A DNA stretch of 63,991 bases, filler included, from Octopus bimaculoides (Eukaryota), in assembly GCF_001194135.2 (NCBI RefSeq). It is 8 parts of 8 records of this genome, joined end to end, with 100 filler letters (N's around TTAATTAATTAA, not from the genome) between each part and the next. Parts side by side here need not be neighbours in the genome. Positions count along the whole stretch, not along the records: positions 48,919 to 58,381 come from NC_069001.1; positions 58,482 to 61,517 come from NC_068995.1; positions 61,618 to 62,796 come from NW_026386316.1; positions 62,897 to 63,991 come from NW_026324730.1; 4 more parts are not named here. One strand, written 5' to 3'. Numbering within the stretch: position 1 is the stretch's first letter; every line of letters begins with the position of its first letter. Positions 52,624 through 63,950 of the stretch are shown piece after piece. Position numbers and translations under genes: made by a program. The notes under the pieces were generated by a model. It searched no databases. It was not told the DNA's origin and was given only the letters and a program-made list of their open reading frames with translations.

Positions 52624-52787
52624 ATAATCAACCAGACCTTGTTAAATAACAAACAGAGCTACACTGATATTTATACCCAATTACTCCTGGTTAGCATAGA
52701 ACAAGATCGGAAGCATCATTTAAACTGGAAGTCACTCACGACTCTTTGGAAAAACAAGAACATACAGGAAATTCTTGAAAGATTCAG
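52624..52787 (+). CDS. CCDC180: CCDC180-like exon, phase 0-2
   Basis: ttttatttcag|ATA...AG|gttgag; IINQTLLNNKQSYTDIYTQLLLVSIEQDRKHHLNWKSLTTLWKNKNIQEILERF(R) (cf. [20 protein letters not shown]...W..L..TWK). Confidence 0.8.
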
Positions 52788-53105
52788 GTTGAGTTTTTGT
52801 TTTTTGTTTTTTCTTTTGTTTTCTTTTTCTAAGGAAATCTGTAAATAATGCACAAGGAAATTTTTCGGTTTTCATTTCCTCTAATTTATGTGTTGTTTTA
52901 TTGTCTTCTTGTTTTAGTCATTTAACTGTAGCCATTCTAAGGCACTGCTTTTTAGGGCTTTTCCATTAATCACATCAACCCCAGTAATTATTTCAATCTT
53001 ATCATTCTTGGTTTATTGAGTGACTAACTTCAATTTGAATCTAAAGTGATGCAACACTAAGCATTGTTGTATACTAGTATACACATGTACACACATACAT
53101 ACACA

Positions 53106-53499
53106 TGTAGCGAGGCACAAGAAGCCAGCACCATTTTGAATGAGATCTCGCCAGTAGCCATTACCATGTGTAAGACAAGAACGAGATCTCGCCTGCAACC
53201 ATTTGCCATGCGCGAGACGACAACGAGACTCTCGCCAGCAACCAGTATTTAAGCAAGAGAACAACGACATGCTCTCTCTCACTCTTCTCATGTTCAACGC
53301 CGAGAAACACTGTGAAGCCAGCAGCTCACAGCGGATTCTTGTCCTGCTGTGACTCCACATGCTTATCTCCAGAAGTAATGAGACAAACCATAAAGATGGT
53401 CACTGAGAGCAAAGAACATGAACAAGAACTCTGTAAAATAAACAGCTATTGAATTGTACTCCACTTGTGAACTTCATGTTCCAGATCCTTGAAACTACA
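53106..53499 (+). mobile_element. Solo LTR candidate, 394 bp
   Basis: Begins TGTAG and ends CTACA. Three GAGA(T/C)(C/T)CTCGCC-like internal repeats, TATTTAAG at about 53247 and AATAAA at 53437. No clean target-site duplication. Confidence 0.5.
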
Positions 53500-53581
53500 A
53501 AAATGATTATAATGGGAGAGGGAGATACTCCACAGGTATCATAAGCCTTCCATTCCATTATATATATATATATATATATAT

Positions 53582-54075
53582 ATCATCATCATCATCGTTT
53601 AATGTCCGCTTTCCATGCTGGCATGGGTTGGACGATTTGACTGAGGACTGGCGAACCAGATGGCTGCTCCAGGCTCCAATCTGATCTGGCAGAGTTTCTA
53701 CAGCTGGATGCCCTTCCTAACGCCAACCACTCCGAGAGTGTAGTGGGTGCTTTTACGTGCCACCAGCACGAGGGCCAGTCATACGGTACTGGCAACGGCC
53801 ACGCTCAAATGGGAGTTTTTATGTGCCACCTGCACGGGAGCCATTCCAGTGGCACTGGCAACAACCTTGCTCGAATGTTTTATAATGTGCCACTGGCACA
53901 AGTGCCAGTAAGGCGACGCTGGTAACAATCATGTTCAAATGGTGCTATTTACGTGCCACTGGCATGGAAGCCAGACAGCTGCTCTGGCAATGATCACACT
54001 CAGACGGTGCTGTTAGTGCTCCACTGGCACAGGTGCCAGTCATCAAATATGGTTCAATTACGATTTCGATTTATG
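53582..54075 (-). mobile_element. RTE LINE 3'UTR and (GAT)n tail
   Basis: Reverse complement of 36365-36720, with additional internal GGCACGTAAAA..CACC subrepeats. Confidence 0.9.
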
Positions 54076-54080
54076 CTCAC

Positions 54081-54114
<34 letters not shown>

Positions 54115-54838
54115 NNNNNNNNNNNNNNNNNNNNNNNNNNNNNNNNNNNNNNNNNNNNNNNNNNNNNNNNNNNNNNNNNNNNNNNNNNNNNNNNNNNNNN
54201 NNNNNNNNNNNNNNNNNNNNNNNNNNNNNNNNNNNNNNNNNNNNNNNNNNNNNNNNNNNNNNNNNNNNNNNNNNNNNNNNNNNNNNNNNNNNNNNNNNNN
54301 NNNNNNNNNNNNNNNNNNNNNNNNNNNNNNNNNNNNNNNNNNNNNNNNNNNNNNNNNNNNNNNNNNNNNNNNNNNNNNNNNNNNNNNNNNNNNNNNNNNN
54401 NNNNNNNNNNNNNNNNNNNNNNNNNNNNNNNNNNNNNNNNNNNNNNNNNNNNNNNNNNNNNNNNNNNNNNNNNNNNNNNNNNNNNNNNNNNNNNNNNNNN
54501 NNNNNNNNNNNNNNNNNNNNNNNNNNNNNNNNNNNNNNNNNNNNNNNNNNNNNNNNNNNNNNNNNNNNNNNNNNNNNNNNNNNNNNNNNNNNNNNNNNNN
54601 NNNNNNNNNNNNNNNNNNNNNNNNNNNNNNNNNNNNNNNNNNNNNNNNNNNNNNNNNNNNNNNNNNNNNNNNNNNNNNNNNNNNNNNNNNNNNNNNNNNN
54701 NNNNNNNNNNNNNNNNNNNNNNNNNNNNNNNNNNNNNNNNNNNNNNNNNNNNNNNNNNNNNNNNNNNNNNNNNNNNNNNNNNNNNNNNNNNNNNNNNNNN
54801 NNNNNNNNNNNNNNNNNNNNNNNNNNNNNNNNNNNNNT

Positions 54839-55425
54839 TGTAGCAGTTGACTATGGTGCTGCTACACCAGTCATTGGGTATGACTCCTTCGTGTATCACC
54901 TGGTTTACTATATGGGTGACTAAGCTATAGCCGACACTGCCAGATATTTTGAGTATCTCTGCAGTGATTCCTGATGGGCCGGGGGCTTTCTCTGTTTTCA
55001 TACTCTTAATTGCTTCATTTACCATGATACTGTCAACTCGGATAGCTGGCCCCTCTGTTGGGTCGACATTCAGCAGACTCTCTTTCTCCCATTCATTCTC
55101 TTTATTGAGCAACCTTTCATAGTGGCGTCTCCAAACCTCTCTTTGCAGCCACATTTAGTGCAAGTGAACCATCATCCACGCGGACACATTTCTCTCCTAC
55201 AACATCACAATTGTCTCTCACACAGTGTCTTGCAACACGAAATACCTCAAGTCTTTGGTCCTCACGGTGCAGGACACTGGCAGATTTTTTCTTACCTGCT
55301 TCCCCTCTGGCTAAATAAACCTGTCTCCTAGCTTCCCTTCTGGCAGTCTGATACAATTCCATGTGACCACCTTTCTTCCAGTCCTTCGAAGACTGTTTCT
55401 TTTCTCTTAAAGCCCAGTCAACAAC
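54839..55425 (-). mobile_element. RTE LINE ORF fragment (linker plus RT N-terminus)
   Basis: EVWRRHYERLLN...AIKSMKTEKAPGPSGITAEILK...VIPNDWCSSTIVNCY, with a frameshift near 55140. Confidence 0.9.
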
Positions 55426-55427
55426 AT

Positions 55428-55431
55428 GCAT

Positions 55432-55464
<33 letters not shown>

Positions 55465-55636
55465 TTATACATTATATATATATATATGTATATATATTTA
55501 TACATTATATATATATATGTATATATATTTATACATTATATATATATGTATATATATTTATACATTATATATATATATGTATATATATTTATACATTATA
55601 TATATATATGTATATATATTTATACATTATATATAT
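55428..55636. repeat. AT-rich minisatellite, about six units of 30-34 bp
   Basis: ATATATATGTATATATATTTATACATTAT repeated, with a variable (AT) count. Confidence 0.85.
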
Positions 55637-55744
55637 ACTTCTCCTCCCTTTCCCACTTCTCCTTCTCTAGGAACTCTACCAGAAAAATATGAAAAATTTC
55701 TCAGACATCTCAAACGATTCTATTCTAATTCTCATTTTCTCCAG

Positions 55745-55864
55745 ACAATTCATGTTGACCTGTGTCTCTGTCAAACCGAAAGAAGTTGAAATCTTACTTG
55801 ATGAGATAAGCATTAAATTCTCAAATTTATTAAATGAATATAAAGAACATTTACAATTTCTCAG
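55745..55864 (+). CDS. CCDC180: CCDC180-like exon, phase 2-2
   Basis: ttttctccag|A CAA...AG|gtattt; QFMLTCVSVKPKEVEILLDEISIKFSNLLNEYKEHLQFL(R) (cf. EFMASE....P..V...L......HL). Confidence 0.75.
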
Positions 55865-55949
55865 GTATTTTCTACATTTTCATTCATACAAAAACCATTT
55901 GTCATTTTTGTTTTCTGTGTGTAGTTTTCATTTTATTTTGTTTTATTTT

Positions 55950-56340
55950 TTATTCGTTTCAGTCATTAGACTGCAGCCATGCTGGGGCATTGCATTGGAG
56001 AGTTTTTTAGTCGAATGTATTGATCCCAGTAATTATTTTTTTTAAAGCCTGGTATTTATTCTGTCTGTCTCTTTTGCTGAACCACTAAGTTATATAGACA
56101 TAAACACATCAGTACCAGTTGTCAAGTGGTGGTGCAGGACGAACACACACACACACATACATATGTGTGTGTCTGTGTGACGGGCTTCTTTCAGTTTCTG
56201 TCAACCAAATCCACTCACAAGACCTTGGTCAGGCTGAGGCTATAGTAGAGGACACTTGACCAAGGTTCCACACAGTGGGATTGAAACCAGAACCATGTGG
56301 TTGGGAAGCAAGCTTTTACCATACAGCCATGTCTTTTTTT
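55950..56340 (-). repeat. SINE family A copy
   Basis: Reverse complement of 40341-40795. Further minus copies at about 49730-49910, 56900-57235 and 58060-58380. Confidence 0.8.
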
Positions 56341-57840
56341 TTTTTTTCTTGATTTCCACCTAACAATAATTAGTTCCTGTTTATATTGACAGACTGATTT
56401 TAATTTGAGTCAAATGCTGAAGAATCATGGAGCAGATATTGTTATGGCTACATGGTTACACATATTGGTTTTGCCACTTTTGAGTTTTGGTTTCAGTCCC
56501 ACTGCACAGTACTTTGCACTCTTAAACATAGTCTTGGGTTGACTAATACATGTATGGACACCTTTTGTATGTGTGTGAGAGAGAGAGAGACTGCATTGTT
56601 AAAATGAGGGTTGTTGTGTTTTGTGTTGCTTTAGCTGTGTCTTTTGTCTGATCTGATCAAGAGCATGTTTTAGGCTCACATTATAGTAGTGTCCTAAATC
56701 ACCCTTCAGCACTAATCCTGCAACACCGTTCTAGAAACACCATATCTTTCTTCCGGCTATAATGTTTCTAGTTGCTGGGGATTTTTCCATGTTTGAGTAA
56801 ATGGTCGTTTATGAGACAAAATCTCGGTTGTGCACAAGGTTGATTTCTATGTGGCAAAATGTGGGATCAAACCCAACACTATAAAAGGCTTTTAGTCAAA
56901 CAAATCAACCCCAGTATTATAGTTTTTTAAACCTGGTACTTATTATATCCATTTCTTTTGCTGAACCACTAAATCATGCAGATGTAAACAAACCAACACC
57001 AGTTGTCAGATAGGAAAAGAAGACAAACATGCACACACCCAAAACACACGCACACACGTATGTATATACACACAACAGGATTCCACACAGTTTTTGTCTA
57101 CCAACTACACCTGCATGGCATTGGTTGACCGAAGGCTATAGTTGAAGACATTTGTGCAAGATGTCACACGCTGGAACTGAACCTGGAATCAAACGGTTGC
57201 AAAGTGAGCATCTTAACCACACAGCCATATCTACACCTGTGTATATATATCTGTGAATGTGTGTGTGTGTGTGTGTGTAATGATTGTGCATGTGTGTGTA
57301 TATAATGAGTGCATGTGTGTCTGTGTATATGAGTTTGTATGTCTGTGTGTATAATGAGTGTGTGTATAAGTGTGTGTGTGTATGTCTGTGTGTGTGTCTC
57401 TGTACAGTGTGTGTGTATGTCTGTATGTGTGTGTATAATGAGTGTGTATGTGTAGATATATACACATACATATACTTTTTTTTTGTACGATGGTATTGTA
57501 GTTGTCAGCACTGATTGAGCAGGCCTTTAATCAAAGACATTCCATCCTTGACCATTCCATTTGTTGTATATCTAGGACTACACTGTCCAATATGTCCTTC
57601 CTGTTTTAAGATGGTAGGATATAATTTAAGGAAGTCTGACTCTTGTTACTAGCAGACTGAGCACACACACCCCCATAGGGACTTGTGATCATGCAATGGT
57701 TAGTACACCCACATTGTACCCCCACATCGTTGTGGTATTGTAGCAATGGTGTAGACATGTCTGGGTCATGAAATAAGCATATAAAAATGTTTTAAAATAT
57801 ATTTGATATTGTAAACCTGTTTTATTTTAAATTTAAATAG

Positions 57841-57920
57841 GAATTTCTTGCCACCGAAATGCACAAAAGGTCTTGTTGAAGAATGGTATGGAAAAATAAA
57901 CGAGGTAACTGAAAAACTAA
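57841..57920 (+). CDS. CCDC180: CCDC180-like exon, phase 2-1
   Basis: atttaaatag|G AAT...CTA A|gtaagt; NFLPPKCTKGLVEEWYGKINEVTEKL (cf. [26 protein letters not shown]). All five exons join in one open frame. Confidence 0.8.
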
Positions 57921-58754
57921 GTAAGTAACAAGATTTTGATGTAATAAAGAGTAAAAGTTTCTATTCATTACTCATGAACACACATACCCTTCATCATATA
58001 TGTGTGTGTTTGTGTATATGTGTGTGTGTATATGTGTGTGTGTATATATATATATATACTCTTTTACTTGTTTCAGTCATTTGACTGCGGCCATGCTGAA
58101 GCACCACCTTTAGTCAAGCAAATCGACCCCAGGACATATTCTTTGTAAGCCTAGTACTTATTCTATCGGTCTCTTTTGCCGAACCGCTAAATTACAGGGA
58201 CGTAAACACACCAGCAATGTTAGGGGGGGACAAACACAGACACACAAACATACACACACACACACACACCCACACACACACACACACACATACACACACA
58301 CATATATATATATACATATATACGACAGGCTTCTTTCAGTTTCTGTCTGTCAAATCCACTCACAAGGCTTTGGTCGACCTANNNNNNNNNNNNNNNNNNN
58401 NNNNNNNNNNNNNNNNNNNNNNNNNTTAATTAATTAANNNNNNNNNNNNNNNNNNNNNNNNNNNNNNNNNNNNNNNNNNNNATTATATAAGCTTTTCATA
58501 AAAGAGTACTAAGATTTGTTTTTAAAAATGTTTATGTGTCGTGTTGTGATTTTGGTTGAAGAAGGCGTTTAACGCGGTGAGTTCTCTAATTTGCGTTCTG
58601 TTGAAATTGTTTTAAGAACTATTATTGTGTCATGTTTTGAAGGAGCGCATGAGTAGAAATACGTTGTAGGAATTTGTTGAGGAACTATTATTATATTGTT
58701 GCCGTTTTGTTGGAATTGTTTCGTTGTTGAAAGCCGTTGCTGAGGGGGTTTAAT

Positions 58755-60118
58755 ATGACTACCAGCTACGCAGCTGCAGCTAGCAGCGGCCGGCCGACCA
58801 GCGACACGGGAATGAGAGAGGTGAAGGTGGAAATGGAAAATCTGAAGAAGGAGGGAGACTGTTTGCGGGTTGACCCACCCAAAGAAGTGATGGAAGAAGC
58901 AGAAAAGAAAATTATCACATATAAAACTTTAAAAATTGGCTCCAAGAAAATAGAAATTGCGGAGACTGAAATGATTGAGAAGTGTCTGAAGGAAATCACA
59001 GAGGAAGTTGTGCTGTTTATGAGAGGAAAGAAATACGGAACGGTGAAGGTGTATTTCAAGACGAAGCAAGGAGCGAAGAAATACTCTACAATGCCTCTGA
59101 GTACGGAAGAGTGGGCCCTTTTACCAGTATATTGCGGTAGAAGGGCGGCGAGAGTGAGGATTGGTAGAGTACCGTTGGAGATATGAAATGGTTGGTGTCA
59201 GCAGTAATATATAAATGCAAAGACAAGGTGGATATCATTAAAGTGGAGAGGTCAAGAGAAATCGAATGGTGGGGTTTTGGGGTAGAAATTCTAGCCCATA
59301 TTACCATACCGGACCTGCACAACATTGCTGAGGAATTAGTGCTTCCCGATGACACTCGTTTACAGATCGTGGTGGAGGGAAGGCAACCCGTATGCTACAA
59401 ATGCAGAAGTAGAGGATACATGCAAGCGGTGTGTCCTCGCAGAGAAATAATCGTAGAAGAAGACGAAGTAAAAGAAACAGAGGTCTGTGAGGAGGAAATG
59501 GTGGAGACCGAACAGGAAGAGGAAGAAGAAAAGCAGGAAGAGACTGAGGAGCATGGGGGGAAAAAACGTATGCGGACTGAATCGCCGCCAAAGTCGCCAA
59601 AAAGAAAGAAAAGGGGAAAGGAAAAAAAGATGACGGAAGATGGAAATGATAGCGAGGAACCGAACGTAACTAAGAAAGATGGAAATTATAGCGAGGAACA
59701 GAACGTAACTAAGATTGAAACCCAAGATACAAAGCAGGAAAAACAGTTGACAAGACAGGAGAGGTGGCTAAAGTGGTGGACTGCGATGATGGAACAGAAG
59801 GAAAAGGCGAAGGCAGAAGGAAGGATAATCGGAAAGGTAGATTTTTAAAATATTAGAACAATACTTTTCTACAGTAGGAATTTAGAAACGGAAAAAACGA
59901 TAGCCAAGATAAAAGGATTGGTACGACTGAAATTAGAACCCAGAACGTTTGATGATGAAACGAAAGCAGTAGTGGTGGAGGAATGGATAGCGAAGAAGCT
60001 GCGAGAAATGAACAGATTTGATTTCCAACTAAGTGGGTTATATGTGGGCTACAACACTTTGCCAAGCGTCGTAACGGCGGAGGAGCTGAAACCATACATA
60101 ACAACGAAAGAATCATAA
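58755..60118 (+). pseudogene. Gag/LINE-ORF1-like zinc-knuckle ORF, copy 1 (one frameshift, one in-frame stop)
   Basis: ATG 58755 MTTSYAAAAS..., frameshift at about 59183, knuckle CYKCRSRGYMQAVC, acidic/basic linker. TAA at 59846 is followed in frame by 89 more codons to TAA 60116. AATAAA at 60287. No endonuclease or RT follows. Confidence 0.75.
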
Positions 60119-60513
60119 AAAGAAAAAGAAAAATGAATAAGAACTGTATAAGAAAACTGCTAAATGAAACTGCATCATATTGTAATTTACTCATTTCATC
60201 TCATAATTCGATCTATGTACCCCACGTTTTGTGTTGTCTGTCCTTGTAATGTCCCCCTTCTTTGTAAATGAGGCCTTTGTGCCTGTAATAAAGATTTAAA
60301 ATTTTGATATTTCTCCTGTTTCCCCGTTTATTCTGACGTGGGGGTCATCGCCATGTTGAGCACCAGTTTTTTTTGGAATTTGAGTTGTCGATGACGTAGA
60401 GTTTTTTATGTGAGTTACAAAGTTGAGTATTTTTTTGTTGAAAAATTGAGTGTTAATTATTGCTGTTAATTGTTGATATTGTTCGTGATTTTTGTGTCTT
60501 CCCGTTGTGGAAA

Positions 60514-61320
60514 ATGGAGAAAGCACCGGTGGGTGGCCAGAGTCATGCGGCCGCGACTGCAAAAGGAACAGAGGATGGAAAGCTGGAAATAATCGAAATT
60601 AAGGTTGATCCGAAGAAGATGAAAGAATGTGAGAAGTTGCTAGCGAAGGTCGGAGACACGCTGACGTTGACACCGCCTGTGGAACTGACAGAAGGTGTAA
60701 GAAAGAGAACTGTGGTTTTTAAAACCATGAAGGTGGCAACTAGAAAGATAGAGCTCGCGACAGTTGAGATCGAGGAGTGCCTGAAAGGTATCAGAAAGCA
60801 AACAACTTTTGTAACTAGAGGAAACAAATATGCCACTGTGAAGATACGCTTTGCAACAGAAATAGAAGCAATTAAGAACTCTACGGAAGCTATACGATCG
60901 GAGGAATAGGTGCTGTTGCCGTCGGACTGTGGCAAACGTGTGGCCAGAGTGCGAGTAGGCAAAGTACCCCCAGAACTAGATGAAGCATGGCTTATGACAG
61001 CAATAAAGTACAATATGAAAGAAGAGGCCAAGATATTGAAGGCCACAAGAACACAGAGTGTGGATTATTGGGAATATGGAATCGAACTTACTATCCAGGC
61101 AACAGTGGAAGACCTAAATAGAATTGATGAGGAGATAGCGCTACGAGACGACCAAAGATTAAGAGTGAAAGTGGAGGGCAGGCCGCCTACATGTTTTGCA
61201 TGTGGCGAGAAAGGCCACATGAAGGCGAGATGCCCGCAGAGAGAACCAACAGGAAGACACGAACCAGGTAGTACAGACAGAGACAGAAGAAAATACAGAG
61301 GCAACACACGTCTTTTTCTT
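60514..61320 (+). pseudogene. Gag/LINE-ORF1-like zinc-knuckle ORF, copy 2
   Basis: ATG 60514, homologous to copy 1 throughout (PPVELTEGVRKRTVVFKTMK vs PPKEVMEEAEKKIITYKTLK). TGG>TAG stop at 60907. Canonical CX2CX4HX4C knuckle CFACGEKGHMKARC, then a frameshift in the acidic linker. Confidence 0.75.
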
Positions 61321-61786
61321 GTGCTAAGGAGGATAATTAATTTTTCCATCGAGATTTTGTTTGCTGTTGCGGTGTGAGTTCGTGTCTGTCTAACTCTCTG
61401 TATTGTACAACTGTTTAAATAACTGTTGGTATACAGTTATTTTCGCCCTACGGGGCGAAAAAAATTCCATGTAAAAAACTTTATTTGTGTTTTTGTCTTT
61501 TGACAAATATGGCTACTNNNNNNNNNNNNNNNNNNNNNNNNNNNNNNNNNNNNNNNNNNNNTTAATTAATTAANNNNNNNNNNNNNNNNNNNNNNNNNNN
61601 NNNNNNNNNNNNNNNNNCGGTACTCCAGCATGGCCGCAGTCAAATGACCGAAACAAATAAAAGAATAAAAAGAATACATAATATGCACCACTACATTTAG
61701 TAATGTGCACTCTCTTTTCCCTTTACGTGTACACGTGTGTGTTCAAGTGTTTGTGTTTGTGTGTGTGTATGTCTTATAAGATTGTG

Positions 61787-62060
61787 AGGCCGCCTGGCCT
61801 TATGGTTAGAATGTTGCATTCACGATCGCTAGATCGTGGTTTCAATACCCAGACCGGGTGATGCGTTGTGTTCTTGAGCAAAACACTTCATCTCACGTTG
61901 CTCTGCAATCACTCTGTCATGGTTCACCTTAGTTCACCGTGCACCCGTACAGGCAATATTGATTTGATAGAGCGATTGAACTAATGTACAGCACATACAT
62001 TTGGCTACTATGAATAAATCATTTGTACAGGTTGCTCAGCAAGAGACTGCAAAGCCGTTT
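61787..62060 (+). repeat. tRNA-derived SINE family C copy
   Basis: TGGCCTTATGG A-box-like and GTTTCAATACC B-box-like, then a TTGTGTTCTTGAGCAAAACACTT core as at 24235. Confidence 0.65.
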
Positions 62061-62619
62061 TTCTCCGATCACGAGAGACTATCGTCATTCTTATAGGAAA
62101 AGCGCATAAATTTCGACCAATTTGCATCCATCTTTAGAAATCTTCAAAATTCAACAAGAATTAAATTGGTAATAGAAGGAAGACAACAAAATATAAAATT
62201 TTTCAACTTATAAATATAAAACAGAAATATATTCGAGGCGATGAAAATTCGATTTCCGAAATGTCCAAGATATTGAAGAGATATCTCATATTTGCCAATT
62301 CTTTATGAGAAATTTATTAAAATAGAGGAACCTCATCCCTTAGAGTCTTCGAATCGTAGTATATATAAATGGAATTGTGTCGACACACGTGAACATTCTA
62401 AAAAGATGAAACCAAATTGGTCCGGGAATGGTTTTCTGTTCGAAAATATTTCTCTTAGAAAATATTTCTCTTAGAAAATATTATTCTCTACTTTGCTCTC
62501 TGTCTTATAAATGGAAGAATATATTTAATATATATCTTGTCTCTATTTATATTACCAAACACATAGACAACCTGACAGACACACAGACAGACAAATAGCT
62601 AGCTAGCTAGCTAGCTAGC

Positions 62620-62680
<61 letters not shown>

Positions 62681-62896
62681 GGATGGATGGATGGATGGAT
62701 GGATGGATAAACAAACAGACAGAGAGAGAGAGAGAGAGACAAACATACAGACAGACAGATAGATAGATAGATACATTTCTTTTATTAGCCACACAGNNNN
62801 NNNNNNNNNNNNNNNNNNNNNNNNNNNNNNNNNNNNNNNNTTAATTAATTAANNNNNNNNNNNNNNNNNNNNNNNNNNNNNNNNNNNNNNNNNNNN

Positions 62897-62957
<61 letters not shown>

Positions 62958-63321
62958 CTATCTATAAAAATGTATGTACATATTTATAGATTCTAATATG
63001 TAAATATGTAATTATTTGCATATAAACATATCTATACATCTATATGTATTCGTATATCTATATGTGCTTCGGTACATTTATATTTTACACCTGCCTCTCT
63101 ATGTATGTATGTATGTTTGTATGTATGTATGTATGTATGTATGTATGTATCTATCTATCTATCTATCCTTCCCTCAATAGTACATACATGCATACATACA
63201 ATTTATATTTATATATAAAAGTAAGTACATATCTACATATATTTATATACATATATATATACACACACACACAAACACATATATGTGTGTGAGTGTGTCA
63301 GAGAGAGAGAGAGAGAGAGAG

Positions 63322-63363
<42 letters not shown>

Positions 63364-63484
63364 CGTGTGCGTGTCTGTGAAGGTGCGTGGCCTCGTTTCA
63401 TAATCAGAGAGTCGTTGGTTCGGTTTGCACATAATTTCACGTTGCTTCAGGTGACTGAAGAGGTTTCTTCCTGCAATCCCCTAA

Positions 63485-63650
63485 TCAGGTGTTCTGGTTG
63501 AATTTCGAACCCAACCTTTTATTTGACTAATGAGTTAAATTGTTCTCATTCCTAAGGTAATTTGCTGATGTTATTTTTTTGTTAATATTATTTTTTAAGT
63601 CCTTGCCTGGGATTCAAATACTAGGTTTATAAGCCCTAAAATTCACTCTA
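63485..63650 (-). repeat. Inverted, more decayed copy of the same SINE
   Basis: 63485-63614 is the reverse complement of 63718-63840. Its hammerhead core reads CTGATTA. Confidence 0.8.
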
Positions 63651-63656
63651 TAATTG

Positions 63657-63950
63657 CCCCACGGCATATAGCGTAGCGGAGAAGTGCGCGGGCTACCAAC
63701 CTTCGGATTCTAAGTTCAATCCCAGGCAGGGACTTGAAAAATAAACAGAAAAATATCAGCAACATACCTTAGGAATGAGGAAAGTGTACCCCATTAGTCA
63801 AATAAAGGGTTGCATTCGAAATTCTACCAGAACACCTGATGAAGGCTGGAGAGTACACCAGTCGAAACGTTGCGATAACAACAGACAAGATGAGGACACC
63901 TATCCATCGATTGTAAATAATGTACATAATTCCACATCCCCAAAATATAC
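63657..63950 (+). repeat. tRNA-headed SINE carrying a minimal hammerhead motif
   Basis: A box TAGCGTAGCGG (63669-63679) and B box GTTCAATCC (63714-63722). The body is shared with an inverted copy at 63485-63650. Confidence 0.75.
63831..63876 (+). ncRNA. Minimal type-I hammerhead ribozyme motif (Penelope-type)
   Basis: AACAC-CTGATGA-A-GGCTGG-agagtaca-CCAGTC-GAAA-CGT-T-GCGAT: intact core, 6-bp stem II, palindromic ACGT stem III and 3/5 stem I. Confidence 0.65.
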
